Positions 1 to 8,800 of a stretch of 64,000 nt of DNA are shown here, piece by piece. Numbering within the stretch: position 1 is the stretch's first letter; each line of letters opens with the position of its first letter. Source of the stretch: an uncultured Kiritimatiellota bacterium. Its GTDB lineage: Bacteria; Verrucomicrobiota; Kiritimatiellia; RFP12; UBA1067. Under the pieces are notes generated by a model. That model was not told the DNA's origin, searched no databases, and worked only from the letters and a program-made list of their open reading frames with translations. The stretch lies in NCBI GenBank assembly GCA_934643865.1, contig CAKUCX010000007.1, positions 7,766 to 71,765 of the forward strand. The letters run 5' to 3'. The translations under genes and the position numbers were made by a program.

Positions 1-74
1 CCCAGCTGCCAGGGCTCGTTGGGCCAGCCCTTCACCGCACCCGTCGTCTCGAAGTCGAGCGAGACGAGCGTCAC
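1..74 (-). CDS. DEDD-type 3'-5' exonuclease (DnaQ/epsilon-like). Only the first 24 codons are present; the gene continues past the window start
   Basis: My own translation of the minus strand from the GTG at 74 gives VTLVSLDFETTGAVKGWPNEPWQL. LDFETTG matches the Exo I motif of DnaQ-like exonucleases. The GTG overlaps the TGA of the upstream MFS gene (GTGA). It is too short to appear in the ORF track. Confidence 0.4.
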   Translation of the reverse strand, partial: MTLVSLDFETTGAVKGWPNEPWQL

Positions 75-1339
75 CCCACGTAGTCCTTCTTCAGGAAGCA
101 CGTGCGCGCGACGAGGACGACGAGCGCGCCCACGAGGTAGAAGAGCGCGAGCGACGCCATCGAGGAGGCCATGTTGCCGTCCAGCGCCTTCGCGATCCAC
201 GGCAGGACCGTCGAGGAGAGCGAGCCGAAGAGGAAGGCGATGCACATCATGATGCCGACGCCGGAGGCGTGGTAGCGCGGGTTGACGACGTCGAAGAACG
301 ACGCCATGAAGTTCGAGTCGTAGACGCCCCGGAAGACGCCGAAGCCGAACATCGCCAGGCAGCACTGGAAGAACGAGCCCGTCAGCGCCATCCAGACGAT
401 GAACGGAATCGCAAGCCCGAGGCCGGCGATGCCGAGTTCGAGGCGGATGCCCGGGCGGGCCCTGACGAAGCGGTCGCCGACGCGGCTGCCGGCGAGGATA
501 CCGAGGATCGCGCCAAGGTAGTGCCAGAGGACGGCGTGCAGCCCCGCCCACTGCTTCAGGAAGGGACAGGCGTCGAGGAAGGCCGCCTGCAGGTGCGTCG
601 GCATCCAGTTCTTGAAGCCGATGTCCACGTAGATCATCATCGCGAGCCCCAGCGCGACGCAAAGCGCCGTCGGCTTCGAGAAGACGGCCTTCACCGCCTC
701 GGCGATCTTCGGCTTGCCGGCGGCGGCGCCCGCCGCCACGGCCGGCTTCGTGTTGCGCAGGAAGAACGCGAGGACGAGCGCCCACGCGAGGCCCAGGCCG
801 CCGAAGATCCAGAACGGCGTGCGCCAGCCCTCGCCGCCCTTGCCCGCCAGCCAGCCGGCGAGCCCGCCGCAGCCGACGATGCCGATGTAGAGGCCGAGCT
901 GCAGAATCGACATCGCCGTCGCGCGCGAGTCCCTGTGGAGCTGCGAGACGAGCGAGCTCGCCGACGGGTAGTAGAACGTCTGGCCGAGGCCGTTCAGGAC
1001 GCCGTAGGTGACGACGAGGAGGCCCGCCGAGGCGACGAAGCCCGAGAGGAAGATGCCGAGGCAGAAGACGGCCACGCCAACCGTCACCATCCACTTGCGG
1101 CTCAGGAGGTCGGCCGTCAGCCCCGCGAAGGGCACGCAGATGCCATACGTCATCGCGAAGACCGTCCCGACGACGCCGATCGCCACCTTGTCGATGCCGA
1201 GCGACAGGCACATCGCCGGCACGGACGGCCCGAAGAGCTGCCGCGTCCCCTGCTGGAGGAAGAACGCCACCCAGAGGAGCGCAAGGGCCGCCCACTTGTA
1301 GGCGTCCCGCCTCGCCGTCCCGTTCGCCGCCTGTTCCAT
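71..1339 (-). CDS. MFS transporter
   Basis: ORF 71..1360 is a multi-TM protein (YKWAALALLWVAFFLQQGTRQLFGP...). The track start is a GTG. The ATG at 1339 is preceded by AAGGAGGAG, so I use it as the start. It is a paralog of the MFS gene at 47431..48678. Confidence 0.85.
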   Translation of the reverse strand: MEQAANGTARRDAYKWAALALLWVAFFLQQGTRQLFGPSVPAMCLSLGIDKVAIGVVGTVFAMTYGICVPFAGLTADLLSRKWMVTVGVAVFCLGIFLSGFVASAGLLVVTYGVLNGLGQTFYYPSASSLVSQLHRDSRATAMSILQLGLYIGIVGCGGLAGWLAGKGGEGWRTPFWIFGGLGLAWALVLAFFLRNTKPAVAAGAAAGKPKIAEAVKAVFSKPTALCVALGLAMMIYVDIGFKNWMPTHLQAAFLDACPFLKQWAGLHAVLWHYLGAILGILAGSRVGDRFVRARPGIRLELGIAGLGLAIPFIVWMALTGSFFQCCLAMFGFGVFRGVYDSNFMASFFDVVNPRYHASGVGIMMCIAFLFGSLSSTVLPWIAKALDGNMASSMASLALFYLVGALVVLVARTCFLKKDYVG

Positions 1340-1364
1340 GTCCGTCTCCTCCTTGTTCACGTGT

Positions 1365-1820
1365 TCACGCCTGCGCGCCCTTCGCCGCGAGGCCGGGCAG
1401 CAGCTTCTCGACGAGCGCCTTCACGCCCGCATGGTGCCAGGCGTCCAGCTTGATGCGCCGCCCGTCCTTCGCGAGGAAGACGATGATGCCCTTGCGCGCC
1501 CACTGCGCGTCCTCGACGCCAACGATGTCCGAAAAGGGGATCGCGGCGCCCCCGACGCCGGGGCCCCACAGCTTCCCGTCGTCCCATTCGACGACGCGCC
1601 GCGCGTTCGTCCACACGCGCAGGGCGATGCAGAACGCCGCCGTGGCGAGCAGCGCCGCGAAGCTGTACTGGAACTCGACGGTCGTGCGGTGCGCGCCGTC
1701 CGCCGGGAGGTACGGGTAGACGAAGACGGCGTCGTAGAGGAACCAGCCGGCGAGGCCCGCGAAGAGCGCGGCTACGCCGAGGTGGCGGACGGCGTACTCG
1801 CGGTTGAGGGTCAGTTTCAT
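1365..1820 (-). CDS. Small membrane protein (two predicted TM helices plus a soluble C-terminal domain of about 80 aa), function unknown
   Basis: C-terminal 151 codons of ORF 1365..2099, starting MKLTLNREYAVRHLGVAALFAGLAGWFLY. The ATG at 1820 is preceded by AAGGAGAACGAGAG. The upstream part of the ORF is Arg/Ala/Pro-rich and looks spurious. Confidence 0.6.
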   Translation of the reverse strand: MKLTLNREYAVRHLGVAALFAGLAGWFLYDAVFVYPYLPADGAHRTTVEFQYSFAALLATAAFCIALRVWTNARRVVEWDDGKLWGPGVGGAAIPFSDIVGVEDAQWARKGIIVFLAKDGRRIKLDAWHHAGVKALVEKLLPGLAAKGAQA

Positions 1821-1834
1821 CTCTCGTTCTCCTT

Positions 1835-2713
1835 CTAGAGTTCGGAAATCGGCGTCTTGCGCGCGGCGCCGGGCAGGTCTGCGACGAAGCGCGGCAGGCC
1901 CAGCCCGCCGATGCGCGCGGCGCAGGCCCGCTCGATCTCCTGCGCGCGCGCGAGCGGCACGCGGAAGTGCGAGACGCCCGCGACGGGGTCGCACTGGAAG
2001 ACGTAGTAGGGGCGCACGCGCGCGCGCTGGAGCGCGCGGAAGAGGGCGAGCATCGCCTCCGCCGAGTCGTTCACCCCGGCGAGCAGCACGGTCTGGCACG
2101 AGACGGGGATGCCCGCGCGCACGAGGTTACCGCACGCCTCCGCCGCCTCCGGCGTCACCTCGTCCGCGCAGTTGAACTGCGTGTTCACCCATACCTTGCC
2201 GCTGCGGCCGAGCATCGCGGCGAGCGCACGCGTGACGCGCGCGGGGTTCACGCACGGCGCGCGCGTGCAGAGGCGCACGACGTCGATCTGCGCGAGGCCC
2301 GCGAAGGCGCGCACGAAGCGCATGACCTCGTCGTCGGGGAGGACGAGCGGGTCGCCGCCCGAGATGAGGACGTCCCGCACGAGCGGATGGTCCTGCACGT
2401 AGGCGAGGCACGTCTGCAGCTCCTCGTCCGTGCGCACGATCTCGGCGCGGTGGAGGAGGCCCTTGCGCGTGCAGTGGCGGCAGTTCATGAAGCAGCTGTC
2501 GCTCGCCATCACGAGCACGCGGTCGGGAAAGCGCTGCTTGAGGCCGTAGCAGCCCGCCGCGCCCGCCTCCTCGCCGAAGGGGTCGGGCCCGTAGCCGTCC
2601 GCCTCGTCCTCGCGCGGATCGGGGTGCATCTGCTTCGCGAACGCGGGCGAGCGCGCGGCGAGCGCGCGCGCGTAGCCGCAGGCGGCGAACGGATGGCGGG
2701 CGGTCGCGTTCAC
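1835..2713 (-). CDS. KamA-family radical SAM / PLP aminomutase-like protein (lysine 2,3-aminomutase family), N-terminally short
   Basis: This is the C-terminal part of ORF 1835..4306. It contains PDPFGEE...YGLKQRFPDRVLVMASDSCFMNCRHCTRKG (the CxxxCxxC radical SAM motif in KamA context) and ends ...VADLPGAARKTPISEL. The candidate GTG start at 2713 overlaps the ligase TGA (GTGA). An alternative ATG lies at 2629. Confidence 0.8.
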   Translation of the reverse strand: MNATARHPFAACGYARALAARSPAFAKQMHPDPREDEADGYGPDPFGEEAGAAGCYGLKQRFPDRVLVMASDSCFMNCRHCTRKGLLHRAEIVRTDEELQTCLAYVQDHPLVRDVLISGGDPLVLPDDEVMRFVRAFAGLAQIDVVRLCTRAPCVNPARVTRALAAMLGRSGKVWVNTQFNCADEVTPEAAEACGNLVRAGIPVSCQTVLLAGVNDSAEAMLALFRALQRARVRPYYVFQCDPVAGVSHFRVPLARAQEIERACAARIGGLGLPRFVADLPGAARKTPISEL

Positions 2714-4344
2714 AGGCCGTTCTGCTGGGCGACGAGGGAGGCCGCGCCGTACATCCGGCGCAGCTTCGGCTTTTCGATCTTGCCGGTGGGGTTGCGCGGC
2801 ACGGCCGCGAAGATGATCTTGCGCGGGCGCTTGTAGCGCGGCAGGTCGAGGCAGAAGCGGTTCACCTCGTCCTCCGTGAGCGACATGCCCGCCTTGACCT
2901 CGATGATTGCCGCCGCGATCTCGCCGAGACGCGCGTCCGCGAGGCCGATGACGGCAACGTCCTTGATCGCCGGATGCGCCCGCAGGAAGTCCTCGATCTG
3001 GACGGGGTAGAGGTTCTCGCCGCCCGTGATGATGACGTCCTTCGCGCGGTCCACGAGGTAGATGAAGCCGTCGCGCACCTCGGCCATGTCGCCCGTCCTG
3101 AGCCAGCCGTCCTCGGAGAGGATCTCCGCCGTCGCGGCCGGGTTCTTGTAGTAGCCCTTCATCACGCCGGGGCCCTTGAGCGCGAGCTCGCCGACCTCGC
3201 CGGGCGCGACCTCGCTGCCGTCCGGGCGGATGATCTTCGTCTGCCAGCCGTAGCCCGCGACGCCGATCGCGCCCACGTGGTCGATGTTCTCGACGCCGAG
3301 GTGGACGGCGCCCGGCCCCGTCGATTCGGAGAGGCCGTAGTTCGTGTCGTAGGCGTGGTGCGGGAAGACCGCCTTCCAGCGCCGGACGAGCGCGGGCGGC
3401 ACGGGCTGCGCGCCGATGTGCATGAGCCGCCACTGGTCGAGGCGGTAGTCCTCCAGCTTCACCTCGCCGCGCTCGATCGCGTCGAGGATGTCCTGCGCCC
3501 ACGGGACGAGCAGCCAGACGATCGTACACTTCTCCTCGCTCACGCAGCGGATGATCCACTCGGGCTTCACGCCCTTGAGGAGGACGGCGCGCCCGCCGAC
3601 GAGGAAGCTGCCGAACCAGTGCATCTTCGCGCCCGTGTGGTAGAGGGGCGGGATGCAGAGGAAGCAGTCGTCCTTCGTCTGGCCGTGGTGGTTCTGCTCC
3701 ACGCGGCAGGCGTGCATGAGGCAGCTGTGGCGCAGGACGATGGCCTTGGGGAAGCCCGTCGTGCCGGAGCTGAAGTAGATCGCCGCGTCGTCGTCGTCCG
3801 CGAGGGGAATGGCGGGCGTGCGGGACGAACAGTAGCACGCGAGGCCGCGATACGGCTCCGCGAAGGTGGGGCAGTCGTCGCCCACGTAGAAGCGCGTGCG
3901 CACGCGCGGCACGCGGTCGACGATCTGCTCGACGCGGCCCGTGAACTCCGGGCCGAAGACGAGCACGTCCGCATCCGCGAGTTCGAGGCAGTACTTGATC
4001 TCGTCGGCGGTGTAGCGGAAGTTGAGCGGCACGGCGAGGCAGCCCGCACGCAGCGCGCCGAAGTAGATCGGCAGCCACTCCAGGCAGTTCATCAGCAGGA
4101 TGGCGACCTTGTCGCCCTTCTTGTAGCCGCGGCTCAGGAGGAGGTTCGCGAAGCGGTTCGCCTTCTCCTCGAACTCGGCCCAGGTGATCTCGCTGCGGAA
4201 CGCCTCGATCGGGCTCGACTCGATCAGCGCGTACTCCCGCCACGTCGTGTGGCGGTTCTCCAGCTCCTGCGGGTTGATCTCCACCAGCGCGACGTCGTTC
4301 GGCCATGTGCGCGCATTGCGCGCCAAGACTTCTGTAATTTGCAT
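2710..4344 (-). CDS. AMP-dependent synthetase/ligase (ANL family, acyl-CoA synthetase-like)
   Basis: Real part of ORF 2710..5007, starting MQITEVLARNARTWPNDVALVE. AMP-binding motif YFSSGTTGFPKA; TGD...ITGGENLYP; C-terminal PRNPTGKIEK. Confidence 0.9.
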   Translation of the reverse strand: MQITEVLARNARTWPNDVALVEINPQELENRHTTWREYALIESSPIEAFRSEITWAEFEEKANRFANLLLSRGYKKGDKVAILLMNCLEWLPIYFGALRAGCLAVPLNFRYTADEIKYCLELADADVLVFGPEFTGRVEQIVDRVPRVRTRFYVGDDCPTFAEPYRGLACYCSSRTPAIPLADDDDAAIYFSSGTTGFPKAIVLRHSCLMHACRVEQNHHGQTKDDCFLCIPPLYHTGAKMHWFGSFLVGGRAVLLKGVKPEWIIRCVSEEKCTIVWLLVPWAQDILDAIERGEVKLEDYRLDQWRLMHIGAQPVPPALVRRWKAVFPHHAYDTNYGLSESTGPGAVHLGVENIDHVGAIGVAGYGWQTKIIRPDGSEVAPGEVGELALKGPGVMKGYYKNPAATAEILSEDGWLRTGDMAEVRDGFIYLVDRAKDVIITGGENLYPVQIEDFLRAHPAIKDVAVIGLADARLGEIAAAIIEVKAGMSLTEDEVNRFCLDLPRYKRPRKIIFAAVPRNPTGKIEKPKLRRMYGAASLVAQQNGL

Positions 4345-4351
4345 GACGGAT

Positions 4352-4361
4352 AGTTTAGCAC
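4352..4361 (-). promoter_or_regulatory. Extended -10-like element GTGCTAAACT, 7 nt upstream of the ligase ATG; possible -35 TTGCCG at 17-nt spacing
   Basis: The minus strand reads TTGCCGtctgcaaaaataagtgcTAAACTatccgtcATG. There is no room for a Shine-Dalgarno sequence. Confidence 0.4.
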
Positions 4362-4477
4362 TTATTTTTGCAGACGGCAAACGGGGCGCATCGAGACAGG
4401 GATTCCAATTCTGGGGGCGAGACGCGTTCCGTCGCGTCCACGTGCATGGAAATTGTCTCAGATGCGGCATGGGGAGG

Positions 4478-4516
4478 CTGCAGTCCGGCCTGCAGGCCGG
4501 GAATGCCGTTTCCCGC
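4478..4516 (-). terminator. GC-rich palindrome/hairpin cluster downstream of the phosphoesterase gene (possible terminator, no clear U-tract)
   Basis: A perfect 16-nt palindrome CCGGCCTGCAGGCCGG lies at 4485..4500, with an adjacent GGGAA-N6-TTCCC stem. Confidence 0.3.
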
Positions 4517-4522
4517 CTCAGG

Positions 4523-5266
4523 TCAGGCGGCGCCGGCCGCGCGCGCGTTCGCGCGCAGCCACGGCATGACGGCGATGCCCTTCGCCTCCATCTGCGCGAA
4601 ATAACCCTCGTAGTCGAACGGAAGCCGCCGCCACGTGACGACCCGCCGCCGCGAATCGTAGAGCGCGTAGACGCTCTCCGGCTCGTTGCGCGGGTAGCCG
4701 ACCGAACCGACGTTCGCGATGAGGCGGCTTCCGCGCGCAAGCGCGCGCGCCGCCGTGCGCCCAGCCTCAAGCGCCGAAGACCCCGCGCGCGCCTCGACCC
4801 AGAGCGAGGCGTGCGTGTGGCCGACGAAGAGAAGCGGCGTCGCCCCCATCGCGCCGAACGCCTCCCACGCGGCCGCCTCCGTGCCGATGTAGGGGAACGT
4901 CTCCGCGTCGGCCAGCGAGCCGTGCGCGGCCCAGAACGTCCGCGCATGATAAACATACGGCAACTGGCACAGCCAGGAAAGGTCGTCGTCCGACAGCTCA
5001 TGTCCATGGCGGTAGACGCCCGCCCGCGCCTCGGGACGAAAGGAGAAAGCCGGAATCAACCCTGCCGTCGCCGCGTCGTGGTTGCCCATCAGGACAACGT
5101 CGAAGGACGCCCGCGCGAGCGCCACCGCCCCCACGGCGTCAGGTCCGTAGCCCACCACGTCCCCGAGGCAGATGAACTTCTCGGCCCCCTGCTCCCGTGC
5201 GTCCGCCAGCGCGCGCGCGAGCGCCTGCGGGTTCGCATGGATGTCCGACATGACCGCATACAGCAT
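4523..5266 (-). CDS. Metallophosphoesterase (calcineurin-like phosphoesterase family)
   Basis: MLYAVMSDIHANPQAL...FICLGDVVGYGPD...LMGNHD...GHTH are classic metallophosphoesterase motifs. Confidence 0.85.
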   Translation of the reverse strand: MLYAVMSDIHANPQALARALADAREQGAEKFICLGDVVGYGPDAVGAVALARASFDVVLMGNHDAATAGLIPAFSFRPEARAGVYRHGHELSDDDLSWLCQLPYVYHARTFWAAHGSLADAETFPYIGTEAAAWEAFGAMGATPLLFVGHTHASLWVEARAGSSALEAGRTAARALARGSRLIANVGSVGYPRNEPESVYALYDSRRRVVTWRRLPFDYEGYFAQMEAKGIAVMPWLRANARAAGAA

Positions 5267-5275
5267 GCCGTTCCG

Positions 5276-8200
5276 TCACTTCCCTTCCACGAGGCGCACG
5301 GGGCCGATGAGGCCCGCCGGCAGCGGCTTCTCGTCCGCCGCCCAGCCCATGAAGTTGCTCCACGTGAAGATGCCCGTCCCCGAATCGGCCTTCCCGTCCA
5401 GCACCCACTGCGGCCAGGGGCCCTTCGGCGACTTCGGCTCCGCCGCGCCCGCCTTCCGCGCGATCGCGTCGCCGATGAGGCGGTTCGGCCACGTGTTGAC
5501 GACTTCGAGGCGGAGGGTGAGCGGAGAGGCGGAGAGGTCGGCGGGCAGCGCGAGGCGGTAGGGGGCCTCCCAGAGGCAGCCGAGGAAACGGCCGTTCGCC
5601 CACACGTTCACGACGTCCTTCACCGTTCCGAGATCGAGGACGAGACCGGCCTTGGCAGACGCGGGAAGCGCAACGGTCTTCTCGTAGACGGCGCGTCCGG
5701 CGAAGTACTTGAGCTTCGGATCGGCGGCGGCGGACCACGAGGCGAGCCGGGCGAGCTTCAGCGGTGCCGCCGGGGCGTTCTTACCGGTGAACGAGACGAC
5801 CGTCCAGTCCGTCGAAAGGTCGGCCACCACGTTCTCCGGCTTCGTCGGCGGCCTGCGCGGGAACGCGAGCGAAACCTCCGCCCGTTCCGGCACCGTCTGC
5901 TGGCGGCGCGCGCCGTCAACCGTATAGAGGAGGTCCAGCACCTTGTAGCGGTTGGAGGCGGGGTCGCCGCCGAGCAGCGCGTTCTCGACCTTGAAGGCGC
6001 GGTGCCCCTTCGCGAGCAGACGCCGCACCTTGTCCGTCACGTCGCGGCCGTGCGTCTTGTCGTCCCGCGCGCAGTAGCGGGCGGAGAGGACGACGACGTC
6101 GGCGTAGACGACGGGCGTCTCCGCGACCGTTTCGGACGGTTTCGCCGCCGGGTCGAAGACGACGAAGCACGAGCCCTGCGGGGCGAGTTCCAGATGCACC
6201 TTCACGCGCCCGGGCTCGGCCGCGCCCTTCACGGCCGCAAGCGGGCGCGTCGTGCCGTCGCGCGCCTCCCAACGCTCAGGCGCACCCGTCGCCGCGAAGG
6301 AGACGCTGCCCGCAAACGCCTCGTCGCGGGGATTGACCACGAAGTAGACGTCCCGCCCCTCGACTTCGCGGCGGATTGCGCGCAGAGCCACCTGCGACTC
6401 CGCATAGACACGGCGGTCGAAGGCCGCAAGCGCCTCCTGCGCCGTCCGCGCGGGCTTCACGCGGTCGCCGGACCACACGGCCTCCACGAGCGCCCGCCAC
6501 GCGGCAGGGTCGTCCGCCCGCGACGGCGAGCCGAGCGGCTTCGCGCCCGCGACGCGCGCGCCGGCGTCCACGAGCGCCTTGAGCGTCCGCAGCGTCGCCG
6601 CCGTCAGGTAGCGGTCTTCGCCGAGGTAGAGGACGTCGTAGGGCAGGCCTCCCGGCACGGCGACGCCCCCGTCCTTCACAGCGAGCCGCGCGAGATCCGC
6701 CACGCCGCAGGAATCGAAGTTCCCGCCCGCCGCGACGAGTTCGGTCGCGTAGCGGTAGTTATTCGGCCACGATTCGCCCACGAAGACGAGCACTTCGGCG
6801 CGCGGACGCCCGCTCTGCAGCAGGAACTGTCCGCGCCGCACGTAGCGGCTCCAGTGGACGCCCTCCGGCCACCACGTCGTGTTGCGGTTGAGCTGCGTGC
6901 CGTGCCGGCCGAGCGAGATGCCCGGCTGCGCGTTCGGGAACGGCTGGTGGAGGTAGCTGTGGTAGACGAGCTGCGAGATGCCTTCGAGCCAGCCCGCGTC
7001 GCCGCACCGGCGCAGTTCGGCGGGCGTGATCTGCCAGCGCCCCTCCTTCGCCTCGGTCGTGAACGCCTCGGCGGCGATCTGGGCGCGCCCGTTGAGGTGG
7101 CCGATGGAGGCCGCGATGCGCGGCGAGCCGTGCGGCGTGCGGCCCAGCCAGAACTCGCCCGTCGGCACGTCCGCGCGCGCGCCGCACCGCAGCGAATCGA
7201 AGGGCCCGCCATACGGCTCGCACGCCGCCTGGATGCCCGCGCGGTGGCAGAGTGCCGCGAAGTAGTCGTAGTAGTTCTCCGCGAAGAGGTCGCCCACGGT
7301 GCGCTGGAAGTCGTAGAGGAACTTCGCCGTTTCGCCCGCCGATTCAACGACGTAGCCGAGGAGGGCCGGCAGCCAGGGGCGGAGCGCGTAGCCCCGGCGC
7401 GCACGGAACTCGTCCGGCATCGCCTCCGTCCAGTTCTGCCCGCCGACCTCGTAGCTGTCGATGATCGAGATCGTGACGACGTCCTTCGCTCCGGGCGCCT
7501 CCAGCAGGCGCTGCGGCATGTGCGGCCAGTGCGCGTCCAGCCCCTTCTTCGAGAGCTTGTCGCATTCGAGACCCGGCAGCGTCGCGGGCGCGCAGCACTT
7601 GCCCGTCGCCGTGTAGCCGACGCGGAGGATGCGCCAGAGGGAGGTGGGGGCGAGCGGGGCGGCGGCGAGGTCGAGCGCGCCGTCGGGGCGGAGACGCGAC
7701 GTGAGGTCGACGAAGGAGGCAAGCGGGATGCCGGACGCGGCGGCGTCGGACGGCGCGCGGTAGGCGAACGACGTGGAGGCCGAGTTCTTCGCATCGACGT
7801 CCTCCACGCGCGGCAGTTCGGTGAAGGCGAAGGACGTAAGCGTCTTGTCGCGCACGCCCACCCAGGGCGGGCAGGGGATCGCGTTGAAGCGGATGCGGAA
7901 GAAGCGCGCGTTCCGGGGCGGCGCGGCGAGGCGCAGCGTCTTCGGCGTCTTCTGCGCGTTGAAGAGCTGGTAGAGGAAGTCGCCGCACGTCGTCCACGTC
8001 TTGCCGTCCGACGAGGCGGCGACGTCGCCCTTCGCGTAGAACTGCGTCTCGTCGAGCGAGAAGACCGCCGTGGACGGCGAGACCGGCCGGTCGTATTCGA
8101 GCGTCAGCTCGCAGCGGGCATGCGCCGCCCCAAGCGGCAGCGTGAGCGCGTTCGTCCCCGCGCAGAAGCCCGCGAAGTCGCCGGGGAAATCGCCGGAGGC

Positions 8201-8731
8201 CCGCACAAGGCGCGGCGGGCGCGGGATGGGGAACGCGAGGACGGCGACATCGCGGTAGAAATCCTGGATCGTCGTCGGCTGGGACAGCTTCAGCGCGCTC
8301 TTCCCCTCCGCCGGATCGTAGTCCGTCTCGGACGCCACGACCATCTTCATCGCATTTTCCGGCGTGATCCACGGCCCGCCCGAGCTAGACCATCCCGGGC
8401 AGTTGTGGAACCCCAGCTTCACGTTGTTCCGCTTCGCCTCGCGGATCGCCGTCTCCCACAGCTCGAACCAGGCGGGCGTGAGCGGCTTCGCCGTCACGGG
8501 CAGATGCGCCATCGCCGGCAGGAAGACATGCGCCGTGCCGATCTCCATCTCGCCCATCGCCTTCAGGTCGGCGGCGAGCCCCTCCTTCGTCACGCAGTCG
8601 CCGTTCCAGTGGAACCACGCCTGCAACCGCGCAGACTCCGGCGGGTGCGCGAACCGTTCCGCGAGCGGCCGCTCCGCCGTTCCGCACAGCGCCGCACCAA
8701 CGATCAAGTACGTCATGAAACAAGTTTTCAT
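5276..8731 (-). CDS. Secreted glycoside hydrolase, GH106-like (alpha-L-rhamnosidase family) with a C-terminal GH2-type sugar-binding domain
   Basis: ORF 5276..8749 begins at a TTG. The ATG at 8731 gives the signal peptide MKTCFMTYLIVGAALCG. Motifs: WFHWNGDCVTKEGLAADLKAMGEMEIG and HNCPGWSSSGGPWITPENAMK; C-terminal VVNVWANGRFLG...VVNTWPNRLIGD. The family assignment is from memory of GH106 sequences. Confidence 0.65.
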   Translation of the reverse strand: MKTCFMTYLIVGAALCGTAERPLAERFAHPPESARLQAWFHWNGDCVTKEGLAADLKAMGEMEIGTAHVFLPAMAHLPVTAKPLTPAWFELWETAIREAKRNNVKLGFHNCPGWSSSGGPWITPENAMKMVVASETDYDPAEGKSALKLSQPTTIQDFYRDVAVLAFPIPRPPRLVRASGDFPGDFAGFCAGTNALTLPLGAAHARCELTLEYDRPVSPSTAVFSLDETQFYAKGDVAASSDGKTWTTCGDFLYQLFNAQKTPKTLRLAAPPRNARFFRIRFNAIPCPPWVGVRDKTLTSFAFTELPRVEDVDAKNSASTSFAYRAPSDAAASGIPLASFVDLTSRLRPDGALDLAAAPLAPTSLWRILRVGYTATGKCCAPATLPGLECDKLSKKGLDAHWPHMPQRLLEAPGAKDVVTISIIDSYEVGGQNWTEAMPDEFRARRGYALRPWLPALLGYVVESAGETAKFLYDFQRTVGDLFAENYYDYFAALCHRAGIQAACEPYGGPFDSLRCGARADVPTGEFWLGRTPHGSPRIAASIGHLNGRAQIAAEAFTTEAKEGRWQITPAELRRCGDAGWLEGISQLVYHSYLHQPFPNAQPGISLGRHGTQLNRNTTWWPEGVHWSRYVRRGQFLLQSGRPRAEVLVFVGESWPNNYRYATELVAAGGNFDSCGVADLARLAVKDGGVAVPGGLPYDVLYLGEDRYLTAATLRTLKALVDAGARVAGAKPLGSPSRADDPAAWRALVEAVWSGDRVKPARTAQEALAAFDRRVYAESQVALRAIRREVEGRDVYFVVNPRDEAFAGSVSFAATGAPERWEARDGTTRPLAAVKGAAEPGRVKVHLELAPQGSCFVVFDPAAKPSETVAETPVVYADVVVLSARYCARDDKTHGRDVTDKVRRLLAKGHRAFKVENALLGGDPASNRYKVLDLLYTVDGARRQQTVPERAEVSLAFPRRPPTKPENVVADLSTDWTVVSFTGKNAPAAPLKLARLASWSAAADPKLKYFAGRAVYEKTVALPASAKAGLVLDLGTVKDVVNVWANGRFLGCLWEAPYRLALPADLSASPLTLRLEVVNTWPNRLIGDAIARKAGAAEPKSPKGPWPQWVLDGKADSGTGIFTWSNFMGWAADEKPLPAGLIGPVRLVEGK

Positions 8732-8737
8732 GACGCG

Positions 8738-8748
8738 ATTATACCACA
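8738..8748 (-). promoter_or_regulatory. Extended -10 element TGTGGTATAAT, 6 nt upstream of the GH106-like ATG
   Basis: The minus strand reads gattgTGTGGTATAATcgcgtcATGAAAAC. Confidence 0.45.
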
Positions 8749-8800
8749 ATCGGCCCGGGGCGTATCAGCACCCGTGGCCGTTTCCCTCAGAGCCCCTTCC

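Noticed and set aside
2714-4306. N-terminal ~530 codons of the 823-aa minus-strand ORF 1835..4306
   Set aside because: This part overlaps the ligase gene out of frame and is Arg/Pro/Gly-rich. Only the last 264-292 codons show KamA-family sequence.
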